NCBI GenBank assembly: GCA_964016885.1 | Contig: OZ024744.1 | Span: 64,418,001-64,482,000 of the forward strand | DNA from: Eledone cirrhosa | Lineage: Eukaryota | DNA length: 64,000 nt | Direction: 5' to 3' | In this document: positions 49,801-61,800 of the stretch, piece after piece | Layout of the letters: the number at the start of each line of letters is the position of its first letter | Numbering within the stretch: the first letter of the stretch is position 1 | Translations under genes and position numbers: made by a program | Notes under the pieces: generated by a model | Seen by the model: only the letters and a program-made list of their open reading frames with translations | The model's database searches: none | What the model was told of the DNA's origin: nothing

Positions 49801-52800
49801 CTGAAACAGAGAACTAGGTTAGGGTTGTTGTCATCTTAAACAGAGAGAACCAGGTCAGGGTTGTTGTCATCTTAAACTGAGAGATAACTAGGGTAGGGTT
49901 GTTGTCATCTGAAACTGAGAGATAACTAGGTCACGGTTGTTATCTTAAACTGAGAGAGAACAATGTCAGAATTGTTATTATCTTAAACAGAGAGAACTAG
50001 GTTAGAGTTGTGGTCCTCTTAAACTGAGAGGGAACTAGGTTAGGGTTGTTGTTATCTTAAACTGAGAGAGAACTAGGTTAGAGTTGTTGTCATCTTAAAC
50101 TGAGAGGGAACTAGGTCAGGGTTGTTGTCATCTTAAACTGAGAGGAAACTAGGTTTGGGTTGCTATCTTAAACAGAGAGGACTAGGTTAGGGTTGCTGTC
50201 ATCTTAAATTGAGAGAGGACTAGGTTAGGGTTGTTGTCATCTTAAACTGAGAGAGGACTAGGTCAGGGTTATTGTTACCTTAAACTGAGCGAGCACTAGG
50301 TTAGGGTTGTTGTCATCTTAAACTGAGAGGACTAGGTCAAGGTTGTTGCTATCTTAAACAGAGAGAGAAGTAGGTCAGGGTTGTTGTTATCTTAAACTGA
50401 GAGAGAACTAGGTCAGGGTTGTTGCTATCTTAAACAGAGAGAGGACTAGGGTAGGGTTGTCGTTATTTTAAACTGAGAGAAGAATAGATTAGGGTTGTTG
50501 TTATCTTAAACAGAGAGAAGACTAGGTTAGGGTTGTTGTTATTTTAAAGTGAGAGAGAACTAGGTCAGGGTTGTTGCTATCTTAAACAGAGAGAGGGCGA
50601 GGTTAGGGTTGTTATTTTAAACTGAGAGAGAACCAGGTCAGGGTTGTTGTCATCTTAAACAGAGAGAGGACTAGGTTAGGGTTGTGGACCTCTTAAACTG
50701 AGAGGAAACTAGGTTAGGGTTGTTGTTATCTTAAACAGAGAGAGGACAAGGTTAGGGTTGTTGTTATCTTAAACAGAGAGAGGACAAGGTTAGGGTTGTT
50801 GTCATCTTAAACTGAGAGAGGACTAGGTTAGGGTTGTTGTCATCTTAAACTGAGAGAGGACAAGGTTAGGGTTGTTGTCATCTTAAACAGAGAGAGGACT
50901 AGGTTAGGGTTGTGGACCTCTTAAACAGAGAGAGAACTAGGTTATGGTTGTTGTCATCTTAAACCGAGAGAGAACTAGGTCAGGGTTGTTGTCACCTTAA
51001 ACCGAGAGGAAACTAGGTTTGGATTGCTATCTTAAACAGAGAGAGGACTAGGTTAGGGTTGTTGTTATCTAAAACTGAGAGGAGACTAGGTTAGGGTTGT
51101 TGTTATCTTAAACTGAGAGAGGACTAGCTAAGGGTTGTTGTTATCTTAAACAGAGAGAGGAATAGATTAGGATTGGTGTTATCTTAAACAGAGAGAGGAC
51201 TAGGTTAGGGTAATTGTATCTTAAACTGAGTGAAATAAGGTCAGTGTTGTTACCTTAAACTGAGAGAGAACAAGGTTAGGGTTGTTGTCATCTCAAACTG
51301 AGAGAGGACTAGGTTAGGGTAATTGTTATCTTGAACTGAGAGAGAACTAGGTAAGGGTTGTTGTTACCTTAAACTGAGAGAGGACTAGGTCAGGGTTGTT
51401 GCTATCTTAAACAATGAGTGGACTAGGTTAGGGTTGTTATCTTAAACTGAGAGAGAACTAGGTCAGGGTTGTTGCTATCTTAAATAGAGAGAAAACTAGG
51501 TTAGGGTTATTGTTATTTTAAACAGAGACGAATAGGTTCGGGTTGGTGTTATCTTAAACAGAGAGGAATAGGTTAGGGTTGTTGTTATCTTAAACAGAGA
51601 ACTAGGTCAGGGTTGTTGTCATTTTAAACTGAGAGATAACTAGGTCAGGGTTGTGGTCCTCTTAAACAGAGAGAGGACTAGTTCCGGGTTGTTGTCATCT
51701 TAAACAGAGAGAAGTAGTTCAGAGTTGTTGTTATCTTAAACTGAGAGAGAACTAGGTCAGGGTTGTTGTCATCTTAAACAGAGAGAAGTAGGTCAGGGTT
51801 GTTGTTATCTTAAACTGAGAGAGAACTAGGTCAGGGTTGTTGTCATCTTAAACAGAGAGAAGTAGGTCAGGGTTGTTGTTATCTTAAACTGAGAGAGAAC
51901 TAGTCAGGGTTGGTGCTATCTTAAACAGAGACGGGAATAGGTTAGGGTTGTTGTTATTTTAAACTGAGAGAGGAATAGGTTAGGGTTGGTCTTACCTTAA
52001 ACTGAGAGAGGACTAGGTCAGGGTTGTTGCTATCTTAAACAGAGAGAGGACTAGGGTTGTTGTTATCTTAAACAATGAGTGGACTAGGTTAGGGTTGTTA
52101 TCTTAAACTGAGAGAGAACTAGGTCAGGGTTGTTGCTATCTTAAATAGAGAGAAAACTAGGTTAGGGTTATTGTTATTTTAAACAGAGACGAATAGGTTC
52201 GGGTTGGTGTTATCTTAAACAGAGAGGAATAGGTTAGGGTTGTTGTCATCTTAAACAGAGAGAGGACTAGGTTAGGGTTGTTGTTATCTTAAACTGAGAC
52301 ATGACGAGGTTAGGGTTGTTGTCATCTTAAACTGAGAGAGAACTACGTCACGGTTGTTATCTTAAACTGAGAGAGAACTAGGTCAAGTTTGTTGTTATCT
52401 TAAACAGCGATAGGACTAGGTCAGGGTTGATGTCATCTTGAACTGAGAGGAAACTAGGTTAGAGTAGTTGTCATCTTAAACAGAGAGGACTAGGTTAAGG
52501 TTGTTGTTATCTAAAACCGAGAGAGGACTAGATTAGGGTAGTTGTCATCTTAAACAGAGAGAGGACTAGGTTAGGGTTGTTGTTATTTTAAAGTGAGAGA
52601 GAACTAGGTCAGGGTTGTTGCTATCTTAAACAGAGAGAGGGCGAGGTTAGGGTTGTTATTTTAAACTGAGAGAGAACCAGGTCAGGGTTGTTGTCATCTT
52701 AAACAGAGAGAGGACTAGGTTAGGGTTGTGGACCTCTTAAACTGAGAGGAAACTAGGTTAGGGTTGTTGTTATCTTAAACAGAGAGAGGACAAGGTTAGG

Positions 52801-55800
52801 GTTGTTGTTATCTTAAATAGAGAGAGGACAAGGTTAGGGTTGTTGTCATCTTAAACTGAGAGAGGACTAGGTTAGGGTTGTTGTCATCTTAAACTGAGAG
52901 AGGACAAGGTTAGGGTTGTTGTCATCTTAAACAGAGAGAGGACTAGGTTAGGGTTGTGGACCTCTTAAACAGAGAGAGAACTAGGTTATGGTTGTTGTCA
53001 TCTTAAACCGAGAGAGAACTAGGTCAGGGTTGTTGTCACCTTAAACCGAGAGGAAACTAGGTTTGGATTGTTATCTTAAACAGAGAGAGGACTAGGTTAG
53101 GGTTGTTGTTATCTAAAACTGAGAGGAGACTAGGTTAGGGTTGTTGTTATCTTAAACTGAGAGAGGACTAGCTAAGGGTTGTTGTTATCTTAAACAGAGA
53201 GAGGAATAGATTAGGATTGGTGTTATCTTAAACAGAGAGAGGACTAGGTTAGGGTAATTGTTATCTTGAACTGAGAGAGAACTAGGTAAGGGTTGTTGTT
53301 ACCTTAAACTGAGAGACGACTAGGTCAGGGTTGTTGCTATCTTAAACAATGAGTGGACTAGGTTAGGGTTGTTATCTTAAACTGAGAGAGAACTAGGTCA
53401 GGGTTGTTGCTATCTTAAATAGAGAGAAAACTAGGTTAGGGTTATTGTTATTTTAAACAGAGACGAATAGGTTCGGGTTGGTGTTATCTTAAACAGAGAG
53501 GAATAGGTTAGGGTTGTTGTTATCTTAAACTGAGAGAACTAGGTCAGGGTTGTTGTCATTTTAAACTGAGAGAAGTAGGTCAGGGTTGTTGTTATCTTAA
53601 ACTGAGAGAGAACTAGGTCAGGGTTGTTGTCATCTTAAACAGAGAGAAGTAGGTCAGGGTTGTTGTTATCTTAAACTGAGAGGAAACTAGGTTAGAGTAG
53701 TTGTCATCTTAAACAGAGAGGACTAGGTTAAGGTTGTTGTTATCTAAAACCGAGAGAGGACTAGATTAGGGTAGTCGTCATCTTAAACTGAGAGAGGACT
53801 AGGTTAGGGCAAATGTTATTTTAAACTGAGAGAGAACTATGTTAGGGTTGTTGTCATCTTAAACACAGGAGACTAGGTTAGGGTTGTTATCTTAAACTGA
53901 GGGAGGACTAGGTCAGGGTTGTTGTCATCTTAAACAGAGGACTAGGTTCAGGTTGTTGTCATCCTAAACTGCGAGAGGACTAGGTTAAGGTAATTGTTAT
54001 CTTGAACTGAGAGAGAACTAGGTCAGGGTTGTTGTTGACTTAAACTGAGAGAGGAGTAGGTCACGGTTGTTGCTATCTTAAACAGAGAGAGGACTAGGTC
54101 AGGGTTGTTGCTATCTTAAACAGAGAGAGGACTAGGTTAGGGTTGTTATTATCTTAAACTGAGAGAGGACTAGGTTAGAGTTGTTATCTTAAACAGAGAG
54201 AGGACTAGGTCAGGGTTGTTGTCATCTTAAACAGAGAGAGTACTAGGTTAGGGTAGTTGTCATCTTAAACTGAGAGGACTAGTTTAGAGTTGTTGTTATC
54301 TTAAACTGAGATAACTAGGTCAGGGTTCTTGCTATCTTAAACAGAGAGAGAACTAGGTCAGGGTGGTTGTTATCTTAAACAGAGAGAAGACTAGGGTAGG
54401 GTTGTGGTCATCTTAAACTGAGAGAGGACTAGGTTAGAGTTGTGGTCCTCTTAAACAGAGAGAGGACTAGGTTAGAGTTGTTATCTTAAACTGAGAGAGA
54501 ACTAGGTTAGGGTTGTTGTTATCTTAAACAGAGAGAGGACTAGGTTAGGTTTGTTGTTATCTTAAACTGAGAGAGGAATAGGTCAGGGTTGTTGTTATCT
54601 TAAACTGAGAGAGGACTAGGTTAGAGTTGTTGTTATCTTAAACTGAGAAAAAAACTAGCTCAGGGTTGTTGCTATCTTAAACACAAAGAGGACTAGGTCT
54701 GGGTTGTCATCTTAAACAGAGAGAGGACTAGGTCACGGTTGTTGTTATCTTAAACAGAGAGAGAACTAGGTCAGGGTTATTGTCATCTTAAACAGAGAGA
54801 GTACTAGGTCAGGGTTGTTGCTACCTTAAACAGAGAGAGGACTATGATAGGGTTGTTGTCATCTTAAACAGAGAGAGTACTAGGTTAGGGTAGTTGTCAT
54901 CTTAAACTGAGAGGACTAGGTTAGAGTTGTTGTTATCTTAAACTGAGAGATAACTAGGTCAGGGTTCTTGCTATCTTAAACAGAGAGAGAACTAGGTCAG
55001 GGTTGTTGTTATCTTAAACAGAGAGAAGACTAGGGTAGGGTTGTGGTCATCTTAAACCGAGAGAGGACTAGGTTAGGGTTGTGGTCCTCATAAACAGAGA
55101 GAGTACTAGGTTAGGGTAGTTGTCATCTTAAACTGAGAGGACTAGGTCAGAGTTGTTGTTATCTTAAACTGAGAGATAACTAGGTCAGGGTTCTTGCTAT
55201 CTTAAACAGAGAGAGAACTAGGTCAGGGTTGTTGTTATCTTAAACAGAGAGAAGACTAGGGTAGGGTTGTGGTCATCTTAAACTGAGAGAGGACTAGGTT
55301 AGGGTTGTGTTCCTCTTAAACAGAGAGAGGACTAGGTTAGGGTTGTTGTCATCTTAAACAGAGAGAGGACTAGGTCACGGTTGTTGTTATCTTAAACAGA
55401 GAACTAGGTCAGGGTTATTGTCATCTTAAACAGAGAGAGGACTAGGTTAGGGTAGATGTTATCTTAAACTGAGAGAGGACTAGGTTAGGGTAGTTGTTAT
55501 CTTAGACTGAGAGAGAACTAGGTCAGGGTTGTTGTTATCTTAAACTGAGAGAGTACTAGGTTAGGGTAGTTGTTATCTTAAACTGAGATAGGACTAGGTT
55601 AGGGTAGTTGTTATCTTAAACTGAGAGAGGACTAGGTTAGGGTAGTTGTTACCTTAAACTGAGAGAGGACTAGGTTAGGGTTGTTGTTATCTTAAACAGA
55701 GAGAGGACTAGGTTAGGGTAGTTGTCATCTTAAACAGAGAGGAGACTAGGTTAGGGTTGTTGTCATCTTAAACTGAGAGAGGACTAGGTCAGGGTTGTTG

Positions 55801-58800
55801 CTATCTTAAGCAGAGAGAGGACTAGGTTAGGGTTGTTGTTATTTTAAACAGTGAGAGGACTAGGTTAGGGTTTGTGTTATTTTAAACTGAGACAGGAATA
55901 GGTTAGGGTTGGTGTTATTTTAAACTGACAGAGGAATAGGTTAGGGTTGGTGTTATCTTAAACAGAGAGATGACTAGGTCAGGGTTGTTGTTATCTTAAA
56001 CAGAGAGAGGACTAGGTCAGAGTTGATGTCATCTTAAACTGAGTGGAAACTAGGTTAGGGTTGTTCTCATCTTAAACTGAGAGAGGACTAGGTTAAGGTT
56101 GTTCTCATCTTAAACTGAGAGAGGACTAGGTTAGGGTTGTTATCTTAAACTGAGAGAGAACTAGGTCAGGGTTGTTGCTATCTTAAATAGAGAGAAAACT
56201 AGGTTAGGGTTATTGTTATTTTAAACTGAGAGAACTAGGTCAGGGTTGTTGTCATTTTAAACTGAGAGATAACTAGGTCAGGGTTGTGGTCCTCTTAAAC
56301 AGAGAGAGGACTAGTTCCGAGTTGTTGTCATCTTAAACAGAGAGAAGTAGGTGAGAGTTGTTGTTATCTTAAACTGAGAGAGAACTAGGTCAGGGTTGTT
56401 GTTATCTTAAACAGAGAGAAGACTAGGGTAGGGTTGTGGTCATCTTAAACTGAGAGAGGACTAGGTTAGGGTTGTGGTCCTCTTAAACAGAGAGAGTACT
56501 AGGTTAGGGTAGTTGTCATCTTAAACTGAGAGGACTAGGTCAGAGTTGTTGTTATCTTAAACTGAGAGATAACTAGGTCAGGGTTCTTGCTATCTTAAAC
56601 AGAGAGAGAACTAGGTCAGGGTTGTTGTTATCTTAAACAGAGAGAAGATAAGGGTAGGGTTGTGGTCATCTTAAACTGAGAGAGGACTAGGTTAGGGTTG
56701 TGGTCCTCTTAAACAGAGAGAGGACTAGGTTAGGGTTGTTGTTATCTTAAACATAGAGAGGACTAGGTTAGGGTTGTTGTCATCTTAAACTAAGAGAGGA
56801 CTAGGTTAGGGTAGTTGTTATGTTAAACTCAGAGAGAATTAGGTCAGGGTTGTTGTTATCTTAAACAGAGAGAGAACTAGGTCAGGTTTGTTGTTATCTT
56901 AAACAGAGAGAGGAATAGGTTAGGGTTGGTGTTATCTTAAACACAGAGAGGACTAGGTTAGGGTTGTTGTTATTTTAAACTGAGAGAGGAATAGGTTAGG
57001 GTTGGTGTCATCTTAAACAGAGAGAGAACTAGGTTAGTGTTGTTGTTATCTTAAACTGAGAGAGGACTAGTTTAGGGTTGTTGTTATCTTAAACTGAGAG
57101 GAAACTAGGTTACAGTTGTTGTCATCTTAAACAGAGAGAGGACTAGGTCAGGGTTGTTGTCATCTTAAACAGAAAGAGGACTAGATTAGGGTTGTTGTCA
57201 TCTTAAACTGCGAGAGGACTAGGTTAGGGTAAATGTTATCTTGAACTGAGAGAGAACTAGGTCAGGGTTGTTGTTACCTTAAACTGAGAGAGGACTAGGT
57301 CAGAGTTGTTGCTATCTTAAACAGAGAGAGGACTAGGTTCGGGTTGTTGTCATCTTAAACTGAGAGAGGACTAGGTTAGGGTAATTGTTATCTTAAACTG
57401 AGAGAGAACTAGGTCAGGGTTGTTGTCATCTTAAACTGAGAGAGAACTAGGTCAGGGTTGTTGTCATCTTAAACTGAGAGGAAACTAGGTTTGGGTTGTT
57501 ATCTTAAACAGAGAGAGGACTAGGTTAGGGTTGTTGTTATCTAAAACCGAGAGTGGACTAGGTTAGGGTAGTTGTCATCTTAAACTGAGAGAGGACTAGG
57601 TTAGGGTAATTGTTATTTTAAACTGAGAGGAGACTAGGTTAGGTTTGTTGTTATCTTAAACTGAGAGAGGACTAGGTTAGAGTTGTTGTTATCTTAAACT
57701 TGGAAAAAAAACTAGGTCAGGGTTGTTGCTATCTTAAACACAAAGAGGACTAGGTTAGGGTTGTTATTTTAAACTGAAAGAGGACTAGATTAGGCTAATT
57801 GCTATCTTAAACAGAGAACTAGGTCAGGGTTGTGTTTATCTTACACTTAGAGATAACTAGGTCAGGGAGTTGTTACCTTAAACTGAGAGAGGACTAGGTC
57901 AGGGTTGTTGTCATCTTAAACAGAGAGGACTAGGTCACGGTTGTTGTTATCTTAAACAGAGAACTAGGTCAGGGTTATTATCATCTTAAACAGAGAGAGG
58001 ACTAGCTTAGGGTAGTTGTTATCTTAAACTGAGAGAGGACTAGGTTAGGGTAGTTGTTATCTTAAACTGAGAGAGAACTAGGTCAGGGTTGTTGTTATCT
58101 TAAACTGAGAGAGTACTAGGTTAGGGTAGTTGTTATCTTAAACTGAGAGAGGACTAGGTTAGGGTAGTTGTTATCTTAAACTGAGAGAGGACTAGGTTAG
58201 GGTAGTTGTTACCTTAAACTGAGAGAGGACTAGGTTAGGGTTGTTGTTATCTTAAACAGAGAGAGAGGACTAGGTTAGGGTAGTTGTCATCTTAAACAGA
58301 GAGGAGACTAGGTTAGGGTTGTTGTCATCTTAAACTGAGAGAGGACTAGGTCAGGGTTGTTGCTATCTTAAGCAGAGAGAGGACTAGGTTAGGGTTGTTG
58401 TTATTTTAAACAGTGAGAGGACTAGGTCAGGGTTTGTGTTATTTTAAACTGAGAGAGGAATAGGTTAGGGTTGGTGTTATTTTAAACTAAGAGAGGACTA
58501 GGTTAGGGTAGTTGTTATGTTAAACTCAGAGAGAATTAGGTCAGGGTTGTTGCTATCTTAAACAGAGAGAGGACTAGGTCAGAGTTGATGTCATCTTAAA
58601 CAGAGAGAGGACTAGGTCAGAGTTGATGTCATCTTAAACTGAGTGGAAACTAGGTTAGGGTTGTTCTCATCTTAAACTGAGAGAGGACTAGGTTAAGGTT
58701 GTTCTCATCTTAAACTGAGAGAGGACTAGGTTAGGGTTGTTATCTTAAACTGAGAGAGAACTAGGTCAGGGTTGTTGCTATCTTAAATAGAGAGAAAACT

Positions 58801-61800
58801 AGGTTAGGGTTATTGTTATTTTAAACAGAGACGAATAGGTTCGGGTTGGTTTTATCTTAAACAGAGAGGAATAGGTTAGGGTTGTTGTTATCTTAAACTG
58901 AGAGAACTAGGTCAGGGTTGTTGTCATTTTAAACTGAGAGATAACTAGGTCAGGGTTGTGGTCCTCTTAAACAGAGAGAGGACTAGTTCCGAGTTGTTGT
59001 CATCTTAAACAGAGAGAAGTAGGTGAGAGTTGTTGTTATCTTAAACTGAGAGAGAACTAGGTCAGGGTTGTTGTTATCTTAAACAGAGAGAAGACTAGGG
59101 TAGGGTTGTGGTCATCTTAAACTGAGAGAGGACTAGGTTAGGGTTGTGGTCCTCTTAAACAGAGAGAGTACTAGGTTAGGGTAATTGTCATCTTAAACTG
59201 AGAGGACTAGGTCAGAGTTGTTGTTATCTTAAACTGAGAGATAACTAGGTCAGGGTTCTTGCTATCTTAAACAGAGAGAGAACTAGGTCAGGGTTGTTGT
59301 TATCTTAAACAGAGAGAAGATAAGGGTAGGGTTGTGGTCATCTTAAACTGAGAGAGGACTAGGTTAGGGTTGTGGTCCTCATAAACAGAGAGAGGACTAG
59401 GTTAGGGTTGTTGTTATCTTAAACAGAGAGAGGACTAGGTTAGGGTTGTGGTCCTCTTAAACATAGAGAGGACTAGGTTAGGGTTGTTGTTATCTTAAAC
59501 ATAGAGGACTAGGTTAGGGTTGTTGTCATCTTAAACTAAGAGAGGACTAGGTTAGGGTAGTTGTTATGTTAAACTCAGAGAGAATTAGGTCAGGGTTGTT
59601 GTTATCTTAAACAGAGAGAGAACTAGGTCAGGTTTGTTGTTATCTTAAACAGAGAGAGGAATAGGTTAGGGTTGGTGTTATCTTAAACACAGAGAGGACT
59701 AGGTTAGGGTTGTTGTTATTTTAAACTGAGAGAGGAATAGGTTAGGGTTGGTGTCATCTTAAACAGAGAGAGAACTAGGTTAGTGTTGTTGTTATCTTAA
59801 ACTGAGAGAGGACTAGTTTAGGGTTGTTGTTATCTTAAACTGAGAGGAAACTAGGTTACAGTTGTTGTCATCTTAAACAGAGAGAGGACTAGGTCAGGGT
59901 TGTTGTCATCTTAAACAGAAAGAGGACTAGATTAGGGTTGTTGTCATCTTAAACTGCGAGAGGACTAGGTTAGGGTAAATGTTATCTTGAACTGAAAGAG
60001 AACTAGGTCAGGTTTGTTGTTACCTTAAACTGAGAGAGGACTAGGTCAGAGTTGTTGCTATCTTAAACAGAGAGAGGACTAGGTTAGGGTAAATGTTATC
60101 TTGAACTGAAAGAGAACTAGGTCAGGGTTGTTGTTACCTTAAACTGAGAGAGGACTAGGTCAGAGTTGTTGCTATCTTAAACAGAGAGAGGACTAGGTTA
60201 GGGTAAATGTTATCTTGAACTGAAAGAGAACTAGGTCAGGGTTGTTGTTACCTTAAACTGAGAGAGGACTAGGTCAGAGTTGTTGCTATCTTAAACAGAG
60301 AGAGGACTAGGTTCGGGTTGTTGTCATCTTAAACTGAGAGAGGACTAGGTTAGGGTAATTGTTATCTTAAACTGAGAGAGAACTAGGTCAGGGTTGTTGT
60401 CATCTTAAACTGAGAGAGAACTAGGTCAGGGTTGTTGTCATCTTAAACTGAGAGGAAACTAGGTTTGGGTTGTTATCTTAAACAGAGAGAGGACTAGGTT
60501 AGGGTTGTTGTTATCTAAAACCGAGAGTGGACTAGGTTAGGGTAGTTGTCATCTTAAACTGAGAGAGGACTAGGTTAGGGTAATTGTTATTTTAAACTGA
60601 GAGGAGACTAGGTTAGGTTTGTTGTTACCTTAAACTGAGAGAGGACTAGGTTAGAGTTGTTGTTATCTTAAACTTGGAAAAAAAACTAGGTCAGGGTTGT
60701 TGCTATCTTAAACACAAAGAGGACTAGGTTAGGGTTGTTATTTTAAACTGAAAGAGGACTAGGTTAGGCTAATTGCTATCTTAAACAGAGAACTAGGTCA
60801 GGGTTGTGTTTATCTTACACTTAGAGATAACTAGGTCAGGGAGTTGTTACCTTAAACTGAGAGAGGACTAGGTCAGGGTTGTTGTCATCTTAAACAGAGA
60901 GGACTAGGTCACGGTTGTTGTTATCTTAAACAGAGAACTAGGTCAGGGTTATTATCATCTTAAACAGAGAGAGGACTAGCTTAGGGTAGTTGTTATCTTA
61001 AACTGAGAGAGGACTAGGTTAGGGTAGTTGTTATCTTAAACTGAGAGAGAACTAGGTCAGGGTTGTTGTTATCTTAAACTGAGAGAGTACTAGGTTAGGG
61101 TAGTTGTTATCTTAAACTGAGAGAGGACTAGGTTAGGGTAGTTGTTATCTTAAACTGAGAGAGGACTAGGTTAGGGTAGTTGTTACCTTAAACTGAGAGA
61201 GGACTAGGTTAGGGTTGTTGTTATCTTAAACAGAGAGAGAGGACTAGGTTAGGGTAGTTGTCATCTTAAACAGAGAGGAGACTAGGTTAGGGTTGTTGTC
61301 ATCTTAAACTGAGAGAGGACTAGGTCAGGGTTGTTGCTATCTTAAGCAGAGAGAGGACTAGGTTAGGGTTGTTGTTATTTTAAACAGTGAGAGGACTAGG
61401 TCAGGGTTTGTGTTATTTTAAACTGAGAGAGGAATAGGTTAGGGTTGGTGTTATTTTAAACTGACAGAGGAATAGGTTAGGGTTGGTGTTATCTTAAACA
61501 GAGAGAGGACTAGGTCAGGGTTGTTGCTATCTTAAACAGAGAGAGGACTAGGTCAGAGTTGATGTCATCTTAAACAGAGAGAGGACTAGGTCAGAGTTGA
61601 TGTCATCTTAAACTGAGTGGAAACTAGGTTAGGGTTGTTCTCATCTTAAACTGAGAGAGGACTAGGTTAAGGTTGTTCTCATCTTAAACTGAGAGAGGAC
61701 TAGGTTAGGGTTGTTATCTTAAACTGAGAGAGAACTAGGTCAGGGTTGTTGCTATCTTAAATAGAGAGAAAACTAGGTTAGGGTTATTGTTATTTTAAAC

